From positions 1,130-65,129 of the forward strand of contig JAJXWI010000005.1 of NCBI GenBank assembly GCA_021781705.1: a stretch of 64,000 nucleotides of DNA. Direction: 5' to 3'. A program made the position numbers and the translations under genes. Within the stretch, counting starts at the first letter, position 1, and the number at the start of each line of letters is the position of its first letter. Shown here piece by piece: positions 36,398 to 45,976 of this stretch. The stretch is from a bacterium (GTDB taxonomy: Bacteria > Verrucomicrobiota > Lentisphaeria > Victivallales > GWF2-38-69). The notes under the pieces are model-generated. The model had not been told where the DNA came from, made no database searches, and saw only the letters and a list, made by a program, of their open reading frames with translations.

Positions 36398-37540
36398 TCA
36401 TGTATAAACTCGCGGGATTCTCTCATTAAAACTGCTTAGAATTTCGTAACAGTTGGTATCACATATTCCCGCAACTTCTTCGACTGAAATTTCTTTGCCA
36501 TTCTGTTTGCCAATTAAAACAGCCTCATCTCCTACATAAGCTGTGCCGTTTGATCCCAGATCAATCATTGTCATATCCATGCAAACGGTTCCGGCAATTG
36601 TATATTTACCGTTTCTGATTAATGCGCTGCCTTTGTTTGTCATAGCTCTTCTATATCCATCCCCGTATCCGATGGGAAGCGTGGCGATTCTTGTAAGGCC
36701 ATCCGCCTTGTATCTGCGGTTATAGCTGACAGATTCACCTTTCTCTATTGCTTTGAAATAAACGACTTTGGTTTTAAGCGTGAAACAGGGGTTAATCTGA
36801 TTCAGAGGTGCCGTTGCAATTTTCTCTCCAGGGAAGTATCCATAACTTAGAATTCCTGGCCTTATCATATCAAAGAAGCTCTCAGGGAAGTAGCACAATC
36901 CTCCGGAGTTTGCCAGATGGCAGATTATATCAGCTTTTTTTGATTTTGCGTAGTTTGCTGTTTTTCGAAATATTTCGATTTGAGACAGCGTAAAGCTTTT
37001 GTCATCATTTTCACTTTCTGCCAGGTGAGAATAAATTCCAGTTAGGTCAAGACTCTTTTCAGATAGAACAAAATCAATAAGGGAAGGAGCATTTTTAGCC
37101 TTGATTCCTATTCTGTTCATGCCGGTATCAACTTTGATATGAACTTTGCAAGTCATCCCCATTTTATGGCACAAGTCGGAAACGAGTTTTGCCTTGTAAA
37201 TAGAAGATATTGTTATTTCAAAATTGTTTTTAATCAGTCCTGGTATTTGTTCCTCGTCTATCGCACCAAGAACAAGGATTGGTTTTTCTATTCCGATGCT
37301 TTTAAGTGAAACTCCTTCCTTAAGACAGGCAACGGCTAGGAAATCGACGAAAGGTTCTGCTAGCTTAGAGATGCCTTCAATGCCGTGTCCGTACGCATTG
37401 GCCTTTACCGGCAGGCATATTTTTACCTTTCCCCCAACGCTTTGCCGAATTGCGCGAAGATTATTTCTAAAAATTTCAGAGTTAATTACTATTGTCGTGG
37501 GATGCATAGTTTTTTTATTTGTTCCATGGCCTTGGCGCAT
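36398..37540 (-). CDS. alr: Alanine racemase paralog 1
   Basis: PLP-lysine motif LPVKANAYGHG, HIKVDTGMNRIG, and C-terminal VSYNRRY...LPIGYGDGY...GTVCMDM. The start could be the internal ATG at 37507. Confidence 0.85.
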   Translation of the reverse strand: MRQGHGTNKKTMHPTTIVINSEIFRNNLRAIRQSVGGKVKICLPVKANAYGHGIEGISKLAEPFVDFLAVACLKEGVSLKSIGIEKPILVLGAIDEEQIPGLIKNNFEITISSIYKAKLVSDLCHKMGMTCKVHIKVDTGMNRIGIKAKNAPSLIDFVLSEKSLDLTGIYSHLAESENDDKSFTLSQIEIFRKTANYAKSKKADIICHLANSGGLCYFPESFFDMIRPGILSYGYFPGEKIATAPLNQINPCFTLKTKVVYFKAIEKGESVSYNRRYKADGLTRIATLPIGYGDGYRRAMTNKGSALIRNGKYTIAGTVCMDMTMIDLGSNGTAYVGDEAVLIGKQNGKEISVEEVAGICDTNCYEILSSFNERIPRVYT

Positions 37541-37642
37541 AGTTTATGTAAATAATTGATGACGTAATGTACTGGAAGATTGTTTAAAATCCAAAGAAAC
37601 AGGAACGATTAATTAGAACTTCTAGACTTTTATGATATTTTT

Positions 37643-37656
37643 TGTAAATATTTACA
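37643..37656. promoter_or_regulatory. Perfect 14-bp palindrome in the divergent alr/alr intergenic region (candidate operator)
   Basis: TGTAAATATTTACA lies 25 nt upstream of the 37682 ATG. A half-site TGTAAATA recurs at 37547..37554 near the other gene. Confidence 0.3.
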
Positions 37657-37681
37657 TGTCATTTTCGTTGGTGGCTTAATT

Positions 37682-38899
37682 ATGAAAGAGAATAAAAAAG
37701 TACAATGGCCCGAAAGTATCCGCAAAAAATGGGCGGAAGCTCGTATTGAGGACAAATATCCTGTTTGGTCTCAGATAGATATCTCTGCTATAAAATTCAA
37801 TATAAGTCAACTTAAAACTCTTATTCCTTCTCGTACAAAAGTAATGGCTGTTGTGAAGGCTGATGCTTATGGGCATGGCTCTGTCAAAGTAGCTGAAGAG
37901 ATAGAAGATTGTGTTGAATGCTTTGGCGTTGGCAGAGCATATGAAGCTATAGATCTTCGAGAACATGGTATTAGCTCTCCCATTCTGGTTTTTGGATACA
38001 CTTCGCCATCTTTTACAGATGTTCTTACTGGCTATGAACTTACCCAGACCGTTCATGATTATAAAATGGCAAAAGAGTTTTCTGAGGCTGCTGTAAAGCA
38101 AAACAAGAAACTTAAGGTTCACATCAAGCTTGATACAGGCATGGGGCGGTTGGGGATTTTTCTTCATAATATTACCGAACCAGGCAGGTTTAAAGAATAT
38201 TTCCTGAAAGCCGTTTCTGAGGTTGAGAGAATTGCATCATTACCAGGGTTGAATGTAGAAGGGATATATACGCATTTTGCGATAGCTGATTCTCTCGATT
38301 TTGATTATGCCGGAAAACAACTTGTTATTTTTTCCGACTTTTTGCATGAGCTAGAAAAAAAGTCCGTTGTTTTTTCAATAAAACACTGTGCTGGAACTTC
38401 GGCCCTGTTGAGTTTTCCTGATTCTTGTATGGACATGGTACGGCCCGGCAAATTGATTTATGGAATCCTTCCAGAATGCTGCCAAAAGGCGAAAATTTCA
38501 CTAAAGCAGGCTTTGAGCGTGAAATCCAGTGTGATTTATTTAAAAAACGTCCCAAAAGGGACGAGGATAAGTTATAGTTCATCCTATTTTACGGGGAAAG
38601 ATACGGTTATTGCTACAATTCCTGTGGGGTTTGCCGATGGACTTGTATGGGAATCTATCCCCACCGGGTGTGTTTTGATTAAAGGGCAGCGGGCTCCGAT
38701 AATCGGAAGGGTGTGTATGGATCTTATCATGGTCGAGGCCGGGCACATAGAAGGTATAAGAGTAGGTGATGAAGTGGTGATTGTCGGAGGGCAGGGAAAT
38801 GAGTTTGTTTCTTTAAACGAAATGGCTGCACATTCAAAAACAATACCCACCAATATTTCGACTTTCCTTACGGTCAGAACCAGAAAAATTTACGTGTGA
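37682..38899 (+). CDS. Alanine racemase paralog 2
   Basis: AVVKADAYGHG, HIKLDTGMGRLG, ISYSSSY...IPVGFADG...GRVCMDL. Transcribed divergently from paralog 1. Confidence 0.85.
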   Translation: MKENKKVQWPESIRKKWAEARIEDKYPVWSQIDISAIKFNISQLKTLIPSRTKVMAVVKADAYGHGSVKVAEEIEDCVECFGVGRAYEAIDLREHGISSPILVFGYTSPSFTDVLTGYELTQTVHDYKMAKEFSEAAVKQNKKLKVHIKLDTGMGRLGIFLHNITEPGRFKEYFLKAVSEVERIASLPGLNVEGIYTHFAIADSLDFDYAGKQLVIFSDFLHELEKKSVVFSIKHCAGTSALLSFPDSCMDMVRPGKLIYGILPECCQKAKISLKQALSVKSSVIYLKNVPKGTRISYSSSYFTGKDTVIATIPVGFADGLVWESIPTGCVLIKGQRAPIIGRVCMDLIMVEAGHIEGIRVGDEVVIVGGQGNEFVSLNEMAAHSKTIPTNISTFLTVRTRKIYV

Positions 38900-38907
38900 G
38901 TCTCTTT

Positions 38908-39028
38908 CAAAACTCAAATGCAAGCGGGTTTGACGGAGCAAAACCCTCCATTTTCGAGTCTGGCGGGGTCCGCTTTTACCATGCGCTTTAGCAAGGTTGT
39001 CGGAACCGAAAAAGCGTTTTGCAATTAC
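38908..39028 (+). repeat. Type-1 intergenic hairpin repeat, copy B
   Basis: Aligns with 36002..36122 (reverse complement) and 1638..1803. Sits between the convergent stops of alr paralog 2 and the MFS gene. Confidence 0.85.
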
Positions 39029-39055
39029 TTCCCTTAACTGTTTTTACTTGCCTTC

Positions 39056-40324
39056 TTATTCCAGAAAACTTTTCAGTGAGTCCTTCTTTAGCATTTTTTT
39101 CAAAACTTTATATTTAAGATTTGGAAACTTAAAATTAGAGTAAAATATTTTATATGCAAGAATACCAACACCGTTAAAAACAATGCACACTATGAACAGG
39201 CCGAGAATTGAGTTAGTGAATGAAGTAACCCAAAAGGTGGCTATTCCAGCGAACATACTTTGAAATAGATTCAAAGTTCCTAGAGCCAGACCGCTGCTTT
39301 TTTTAAAAATATTCATTACAAATATTTGAGAGAGCGCCATCATTAAACCAAGCCCAAGCCGCATTAGTATCGCCCCTGTTATTATTACCGCAGAGGTGAA
39401 GAAAATGTTATTGCTGAAAAATGTTAGCCCAAGCACAGCCGATCCTGTGAAGTTACAGATTATTCCATAGAAAATAATTTTGTTTTTGGAGTAATTTCTG
39501 TTATTTAAGAACCTTGTTGCATAGTTTCCCAATAAATAGAGTCCGGATAAGACGAAGAAGATGGAGGAGAAACTGGCTTTTGAGAAGTTTAGCTTCTCTA
39601 TGAATATGAAGCTGGAAATAGTTAAGAAAGCAAAATATCCGCCAAATGCAGAGCTCGAAATGATCATTGCTGCATTGAAATCTTTTCTCAAAAAAAACAT
39701 AAGGAATGAACCGAAAAAAGTTACAGGGTGAGGGATCTTTTTCTTAACGCTCAGACTTTCCTTAAAAAACTTTCGTATCCAGAAAAATACGAATATCTGC
39801 AGAAATAATATAAGAACAAAGCAAAGTCTCCATGAGGTGTATTCTGCTATATACGCTCCAATAATAGGGGCTATAGCAGGCGAAAGAACGTACGCGGTAG
39901 ACACTGTCGTATTAGCATTAATTTGTTCTTTTTCATTTAGCAGGTCATTTAGAATTTGCCGTGTTATTATCCAGTAAAGTCCTGCAGCAAATCCTTGTAA
40001 CATTCTGAAAAATATAAAAAAGTTAATAGATTGCGATAGGGTGATGCATGCTGTAGATATTATGAAAATTATACATGAAATATGAAGTGTTGGTTTTCTA
40101 CCATAGTGGTCGCTGAATATGGCGGCGCCAAGCCCGCTGATTGAAGCGGCAATGACGTATATGCTAAGTGAAAATCCAGCCCTTCCTGGTGTCGTGTTAA
40201 ATACGGTTGTAATATGAGGGAGGGATGGTATGTATATGTCTGTAGCCATTCCTGCAAAAAAAAGAATAAGTGTAAGGAATATTACCAACTGATTTTTTTC
40301 TTCTTGTGTGGCAGGTGTGTTCAT
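39056..40324 (-). CDS. MFS transporter (Bcr/CflA-like drug:H+ antiporter type)
   Basis: About 12 TM segments. The loop 2-3 motif FSDHYGRKPTL is like MFS motif A. Confidence 0.78.
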   Translation of the reverse strand: MNTPATQEEKNQLVIFLTLILFFAGMATDIYIPSLPHITTVFNTTPGRAGFSLSIYVIAASISGLGAAIFSDHYGRKPTLHISCIIFIISTACITLSQSINFFIFFRMLQGFAAGLYWIITRQILNDLLNEKEQINANTTVSTAYVLSPAIAPIIGAYIAEYTSWRLCFVLILFLQIFVFFWIRKFFKESLSVKKKIPHPVTFFGSFLMFFLRKDFNAAMIISSSAFGGYFAFLTISSFIFIEKLNFSKASFSSIFFVLSGLYLLGNYATRFLNNRNYSKNKIIFYGIICNFTGSAVLGLTFFSNNIFFTSAVIITGAILMRLGLGLMMALSQIFVMNIFKKSSGLALGTLNLFQSMFAGIATFWVTSFTNSILGLFIVCIVFNGVGILAYKIFYSNFKFPNLKYKVLKKMLKKDSLKSFLE

Positions 40325-40507
40325 TAGTTTGTATTAATTTGTTTTTATAAAGCTCATAAAAGAGTATATGCTTGTTTTTAAGTAAAGTCCAAAGTTTTTA
40401 CATCTCTTGATAGAATGTTATAAATTTATGTAGATGTAACTGATTCAAAATTGGCGTCTTGCCTTTTTGCAATATAAATTCTACAGTTTGTTTTTATAGG
40501 AGAGAAA

Positions 40508-41224
40508 ATGGCGAAGAGTAAACAATTTAAGAAAAATATAGCATTTGTAGCATTTGATGCGGATGATACGCTCTGGGAAAATGAGCCTAAATACAGGCGT
40601 GCTGAAAAGCTTTTTCTAGAAATTTTATCAAAATACGTTTCAGAAGAGACTATTCTTGAGGAATTGCTCAAAACAGAGATTCAGAATTTGCCGTTATGCG
40701 GGTATGGAACAAAGTCCTTTTGCATGTCCATGATGGAGACCGCAATGAGAGTTAGTAATCTTAAAATCACGACCGAAGAATTGCATAAGTTGTATGAATT
40801 CGGAAAGTCGCTTCTCAAACATCCTATACATTTATACGAAGGTGTTGAAAAAACTCTCGAATTAATAAGCAGGAAATATCCAGTGGCTCTTATTACAAAG
40901 GGTGATAGCCTAGAACAGGAGAGAAAAATCTTTACTTCCGGGCTCATGGATAAGTTTGATTTTATAGAAATTGTTCATGAAAAAGACGAAAAAACGTATC
41001 TGAAACTTATTGAAAAATACAATATAGAACCTGCCCAGTTTGTGATGGTGGGAAATTCACCTAAATCAGATATTTTGCCGGTACTGAAAATTGGCGGGTA
41101 CGCAATTTATATTCCTGCCAGAGAAACGTGGATACATGAAATAATAGATGAGTCCAATATTAATTGTTTTGATAATTATTTCAAACTTAAAAAGTTTTCT
41201 GAGATAACAGATGTGCTGTTGTAA
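40508..41224 (+). CDS. HAD-superfamily hydrolase
   Basis: Motif I FVAFDADDTLW, motif II ALITKG, and the motif III/IV region VGNSPKSD. Confidence 0.75.
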   Translation: MAKSKQFKKNIAFVAFDADDTLWENEPKYRRAEKLFLEILSKYVSEETILEELLKTEIQNLPLCGYGTKSFCMSMMETAMRVSNLKITTEELHKLYEFGKSLLKHPIHLYEGVEKTLELISRKYPVALITKGDSLEQERKIFTSGLMDKFDFIEIVHEKDEKTYLKLIEKYNIEPAQFVMVGNSPKSDILPVLKIGGYAIYIPARETWIHEIIDESNINCFDNYFKLKKFSEITDVLL

Positions 41225-41258
41225 TTAACTTTACTGAGAGTGTTGGGAGAAATCAAAA

Positions 41259-41954
41259 ATGCCAGAAATGTACAAGATTTATGATGCTTACTCGGCGAAT
41301 TACGATGAACTCGTAAACCACGAAGATTGCGACAAAAACTTTAAAAATGCCTTACTTTCTATTTGTGGCTGGACAGGGAAAACTGTAGTTGAAGCTGGGG
41401 TAGGGACAGGCCGGGTTACTGCAGTATACGCAGGCATTGTAAAGAGAATTATTGCTGCTGATCGTTCTATTCATATGATATCTGCGGCAAAGAGAAATCT
41501 TTCCCAATATCTGAATAAAATAGAATTTATAGTAAGGGACAATCTCTCTTTAAAAGATGTCGCTTCACAAAATGATATTTTTATTGAGGGTTGGTCTTTT
41601 GGGCATATTGTGTGTGATATGCCTGATAAAATAGAGGAGATAACAAAGGCTCTTGTCAATCAAGCTCTCTCTCTTGTAAAACCAGAAGGAAAAATAATTT
41701 TTATAGAAACTCTTGGAACAGGGAATGAAGAACCAAAACCTCCTGTCGAAACTCTTAGAAAATTTTATAGTCTTCTTGAAAATAGATACGGTTTTGTCCG
41801 CAAGGAAATACGAACGGACTATTTGTTTGAAACGGTTGAGGAAGCTTCGCGAATACTTGGCTTTTTTTTCGGTGAGGAAATGAGCCAATTAGTAAAAAAA
41901 CTGGGAAATAAACGGTTTCCGGAATGTACCGGTATCTGGATAAAACAGAAATGA
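41259..41954 (+). CDS. Class I SAM-dependent methyltransferase
   Basis: Motif I VVEAGVGTGRVT, followed by an acidic post-I residue (AADRS) and motif II/III-like IFIEGWSF. Confidence 0.72.
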   Translation: MPEMYKIYDAYSANYDELVNHEDCDKNFKNALLSICGWTGKTVVEAGVGTGRVTAVYAGIVKRIIAADRSIHMISAAKRNLSQYLNKIEFIVRDNLSLKDVASQNDIFIEGWSFGHIVCDMPDKIEEITKALVNQALSLVKPEGKIIFIETLGTGNEEPKPPVETLRKFYSLLENRYGFVRKEIRTDYLFETVEEASRILGFFFGEEMSQLVKKLGNKRFPECTGIWIKQK

Positions 41955-42049
41955 AATGCTTCATATATGATAAAAATTTTTCTTGATTTTATTTAACAGT
42001 GCGGTATAATCGAAATAGGTTAAGATTTTTGACTAAAATGAGGAGAAGT

Positions 42050-42454
42050 ATGAAGAAGTTTTTAAAGGCCGTTTCACTCGTGTTTTTGCTGTCTGTCGTT
42101 GGTTGCAGTACTACTGAAATTGCATACAATAGCAGGGTTGATATCAAACCCGCGCCGCAACCTGACCAATATTATATGAGTTGGCTGCTTACCAAGGGCG
42201 TAAATTATGATGGTGACCCGGTATTCAGCTCCCCTGAAATGGTTATAACTAAAAATAAACAGGTTATAATACAGGCGGGCGAACTTGTGAAAATCAGGTG
42301 TATAGCACTTGTAACTGATGTAAAAGGCGTAACTCAGGCTAAAACTGAAGTTGTGATTAATAACACGGAAAACGATGTCATCTGGACTTATACCGGAGTG
42401 ACCGTCATAGATAGCGCCAAAAATCTTGCCGCTACCAAGGCTGTAGAAAAATAA
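42050..42454 (+). CDS. Lipoprotein, unknown function
   Basis: ATG 42050 preceded by AGGAG. MKKFLKAVSLVFLLSVVGCS contains a lipobox (L-S-V-V-G-C). The ORF track extension from 41999 lacks an RBS. Confidence 0.7.
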   Translation: MKKFLKAVSLVFLLSVVGCSTTEIAYNSRVDIKPAPQPDQYYMSWLLTKGVNYDGDPVFSSPEMVITKNKQVIIQAGELVKIRCIALVTDVKGVTQAKTEVVINNTENDVIWTYTGVTVIDSAKNLAATKAVEK

Positions 42455-42537
42455 AATAGTTTTTTTGAGTTACTCGCGGGCTGTTGATCGTTATAACACT
42501 ATTTTTGATCTCTGGTTTTTAAGTACGTTCTTTACTG

Positions 42538-42692
42538 TGGCGCTTTACGGCTCCTTGCTAAAACGAGTGGCTATAAGGAATCTCCCCCTATAAATAAAAT
42601 TTGGATATTGAATTCTAAATGTTGAATTGTTGTATTTTTAACTCAAATTCAAAACTTAAAATTCAAAATTCTCACTATCTGTCCGTTTGATG
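42538..42692 (+). repeat. Type-2 intergenic repeat, copy 2
   Basis: See 33727..33875. Lies between the convergent stops of the lipoprotein gene and the 243-aa ORF. Confidence 0.8.
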
Positions 42693-42742
42693 TATTGAAA
42701 TGAAGAGTTCCTCTCCGGCGGAATAACAACTACGGACAGCTT

Positions 42743-43474
42743 TTATCCCATCAAGGGCAATAGGTGTTTAAGGAAGTTTTCATAAACTTCTTTTACTGAA
42801 TCTGAAATGCGTTTGTTTGTTTTTGAAGGAGTTTCAATGCAGACAAAAAGATTCAACCACAGCCATTGATCTTTATTAAGCTCATTAATTGCTGAAATTA
42901 AATCTTGTCTCGTTTTTATACTGTGCAGCTTTAGTGTGTATGAAGACCTGTTACTGCTTTCAATAACTATTTTTTCTGAATTCGTGTCCACGAGGAAACA
43001 ATATTTGTCCCATTTAATTTTTTTGTCATGGTATGGGTCAAAAGAGGTTGGCTCAGTAACATAGCCGCCGTCCATGATTATTTTTACGGCAGAGATGGTT
43101 TTATTGATTTTGGAAATAGCTTCAAAAAAATATGAGTCATTGAAAGAATTGACTATTCTGTGCCAGCTCCAATTTTTATTCATCATCAGGTTCCTGGCCT
43201 GTTTTGATGAGTAAACAGGAGAAAGGCTTTCATCAAGCCCTTTTTCAACATACAAACCGCAGTTGATTGCTTCTTGTTTATCATCTTTCCAATTGAAATA
43301 GAATTTCGCATATTTGTAATGGAGGAGGTCTGTTGATGGAACAAGCCACCATGGGCTTGTGTCAGGCCTGAACCTGTCCCACGGCCTTTTTGTAAGTTTA
43401 ATATCAGATAAGCTTAGACCTGATACTTCTTCGCATATGAGGCGCGGTGTTAATTTTGGGTATTCAATATTCAT
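42743..43474 (-). CDS. Hypothetical protein, translationally coupled to polB
   Basis: 243-aa ORF whose ATG overlaps the polB stop (ATGA at 43471..43474). No signal peptide, TM segment or recognisable motif. Trp-rich (PWWLV, NWSW, DQWLWLN). Confidence 0.7.
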   Translation of the reverse strand: MNIEYPKLTPRLICEEVSGLSLSDIKLTKRPWDRFRPDTSPWWLVPSTDLLHYKYAKFYFNWKDDKQEAINCGLYVEKGLDESLSPVYSSKQARNLMMNKNWSWHRIVNSFNDSYFFEAISKINKTISAVKIIMDGGYVTEPTSFDPYHDKKIKWDKYCFLVDTNSEKIVIESSNRSSYTLKLHSIKTRQDLISAINELNKDQWLWLNLFVCIETPSKTNKRISDSVKEVYENFLKHLLPLMG

Positions 43475-45705
43475 AATGAAAACAAATCAGGTTCTTCCTT
43501 TCTATTTGTATATGGTATGAATTTTTCGTAAAGTTCTTCTATCTTATTTATGTAATATGAGCTATTTTCGTCCCGTATTTCTGAATTAGGATTAAAGAGC
43601 TTGCAATTATCTACAACAGAAACTTTTTTCTTTGTTCCTGTTACATAATATGAAAGCTGATCACCCTGTCTGTACGTTTTTCCTGGGGCTAGCGCAAGTT
43701 CATATACTGCCGAACGCCTGGTAGTTCCTTTGATAATTTTTGATTTGTAAGTGTCTGGAGAATCATTAAGCGTTTCTGTTTTAGCCAATTTACTTAATGG
43801 AATGGTTCGTTCTTCGATTCCCCTCTTATATTTTTCAGTTAGTTCGTATAGTTCATCTCCGCCGTTTTTCAGCAAAAGTGATAACAGCTCTTTTATGTAG
43901 TCACGGATAAATGGTTCTACTCCTCTTGATTTCAATGCGGCTCCGGTGATTGAGAGTTCTCCATTTTCTGTTAATAGTGCGTAGTTTTTGCTTTTATAGC
44001 AGAACATTTCTTTATATGTTGCGTCAAGCTCTACTTCTATTCCCTCAGGTAGAACTTTCTGAACCTCCTTTTCGAGATCTTCGGTAGAAGTTGTGTTTTG
44101 GGGAGGTTGGAAATATATGCCGTCAGTATCCATTTCTATTATTTTCGCATTTATGCTTTCAAGGTGTTTTAGCATGAGCGTTAGTATTGCACGCCCCCTA
44201 GATGTTACATATTCTGCCGCACCGTAATCATTAAAAGTTCCCTGATTAAAGGCAAGATAGCCGTAAAATGAATTTATCATTATTTTAAAAGTGGTCTGAA
44301 GAGAATTAAAATAGCTTTTCTCCTGTTGACTTTTTGTTTGTTTTTCATGATCTTTGGCGTTTAGCCTTATCTCTCTTAGCTTCTTCAAAAATGTGTAAAA
44401 TTTCTTAAGATAATCGCTTGCCGGCGAAATATTTTCAGAAATTATTATGGACGGGTACAAAGACCTTATATCGCAGTGCCAGACGTTTTCAAATATCCCT
44501 GATTCCAATGCATCTGTTAATGCTCCCGCAAACTCTTTCGATTGTTCAGGTATTGGAATAGATTCATTTTCTGTTAGGTAAGCAGAAACTAACATTGCGT
44601 CTATTTTTGTAGCGTTGCCTCTTACTACTATGTTTTGGTATGAGAATGGCTGGAGCTGCGTCTGATAAAAGTAACTAGGCGAAAGTATTTCTGATATTGC
44701 TCTTGTCTCCCTTGCGTCATCAAGTGCGTATTTTATCAGATCTTCTTTTTTAGTATTGAAGTAATATTTGATATTGTCGGCATCTATGTAAGTACGATCT
44801 TTAGTCGCGACATTGAAGTGAGCCGCCAGAGATTTTAGTCCGTAACTGGTCAGATCTCTATGGCTTATATCATACAATTGCGCCAGAAAATATGTGTCTA
44901 TTATGTGGCGGCCATAAATTTCATATTTTTTATATGTTAAGGTTTTTTCTGCAGCCATGAACCTTGAGTTCTTTGAAGTCATGACTGAAGTGTTTCTGCT
45001 TATATTTAGTTTAACTTTATGCCTTTTTGCCCGCTCTTCGATAAATGGCAGGTCAAATCTGAATATGTTGTGCCCTTCAAGAACGTCCGGATCTCTTTCA
45101 TTTATTATTGACACGAATTCATGCAGAAGCTTTTCTTCTGTTGTTTTATTATCAAGAACAAGGCACTTTTCCCAGCCGGTAGAATCAGACATGCTGATTG
45201 CTATTATTTTGTCATCCGGTCTTGTTGCGTTTGGAAATTCATAGCCTTCAGTTGTCAATGTTTCTATGTCAAATTGCATTCGCCTTAGATCAGAGAAAGT
45301 CATTCCGCGGAAAAGTCTTATTTTTGAATCTATAAGTATTTGCTGTTGAATGTCTGTAAAAACTCTATATGGCGAATTTGGAGCGCTGGGCGTGGTTTTT
45401 AGTGTTCTATTGAGGAAAACTATTGCGTGTTCGTAAGCCGGAATATTTTCAAACTTAACAAGATATTTGAATTTGTTCTTCCCCCTGAGAGGAACAATTT
45501 CATGATATTCTTTGAAATCTTTTAAATGCTCCGCTTCGGAAATTAACAAAAAAGGAGAAAATTTTATCTTTTCGGAACTGACTGAATCCTTGTTCCGCAG
45601 GAATAGTTCAGCAACTCCATCCCCCGCCGGCTCAACCGCTACAACATTGTTCTTAACGGATGGGATAATTTCATCTATCGCGCTATTGATTTCAAAAATA
45701 TTCAT
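43471..45705 (-). CDS. polB: Family B DNA polymerase with 3'-5' exonuclease motifs
   Basis: ExoI MQFDIETL, ExoII GHNIFRFDLPF, ExoIII IKYALDDA, motif A CDIRSLYPSII, motif B KIMINSFYGYL, motif C IIEMDTDGIYF, and a KKRY-like YKSKNYALL. Confidence 0.9.
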   Translation of the reverse strand: MNIFEINSAIDEIIPSVKNNVVAVEPAGDGVAELFLRNKDSVSSEKIKFSPFLLISEAEHLKDFKEYHEIVPLRGKNKFKYLVKFENIPAYEHAIVFLNRTLKTTPSAPNSPYRVFTDIQQQILIDSKIRLFRGMTFSDLRRMQFDIETLTTEGYEFPNATRPDDKIIAISMSDSTGWEKCLVLDNKTTEEKLLHEFVSIINERDPDVLEGHNIFRFDLPFIEERAKRHKVKLNISRNTSVMTSKNSRFMAAEKTLTYKKYEIYGRHIIDTYFLAQLYDISHRDLTSYGLKSLAAHFNVATKDRTYIDADNIKYYFNTKKEDLIKYALDDARETRAISEILSPSYFYQTQLQPFSYQNIVVRGNATKIDAMLVSAYLTENESIPIPEQSKEFAGALTDALESGIFENVWHCDIRSLYPSIIISENISPASDYLKKFYTFLKKLREIRLNAKDHEKQTKSQQEKSYFNSLQTTFKIMINSFYGYLAFNQGTFNDYGAAEYVTSRGRAILTLMLKHLESINAKIIEMDTDGIYFQPPQNTTSTEDLEKEVQKVLPEGIEVELDATYKEMFCYKSKNYALLTENGELSITGAALKSRGVEPFIRDYIKELLSLLLKNGGDELYELTEKYKRGIEERTIPLSKLAKTETLNDSPDTYKSKIIKGTTRRSAVYELALAPGKTYRQGDQLSYYVTGTKKKVSVVDNCKLFNPNSEIRDENSSYYINKIEELYEKFIPYTNRKEEPDLFSL

Positions 45706-45976
45706 TAGTAAATGTTAAGCAGTTAATTATTTTAGTCTTTAAAGAACAGTCAACATTATATTACACATCATCCAAAGAGCAAACAAAACGGGAATTTATA
45801 ACATTCAAACTCCAGGTGATTTGTTATTTTAGACATTGTTTCTATTTTATACGAAGATGGCAGAAAGTGGTTGGAAAACCATGTAACCAAGATTAATGAA
45901 GAGCGAAGAGTAAAATAACTTCTTCTGTTTTTCATCTTCCATTTTCCGTTTGTTATTTATTATAAGAGGTTAAATT

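Noticed and set aside
37676-38167. 163-aa minus-strand ORF overlapping alr paralog 2. The same applies to 46806..47438 (210 aa) over pabB and 61901..62398 (165 aa) over the lipoprotein gene
   Set aside because: In each case the opposite strand carries a motif-supported gene (PLP-Lys motif, chorismate-binding motifs, lipobox signal peptide). These are shadow ORFs.
43471-45705. polB as part of a casposon, a pipolin, or a protein-primed plasmid/virus-like element
   Set aside because: No Cas1, tyrosine/serine recombinase, terminal protein or terminal inverted repeats are near it. The flanking genes (yicC, lipoprotein/methyltransferase/HAD) look chromosomal.
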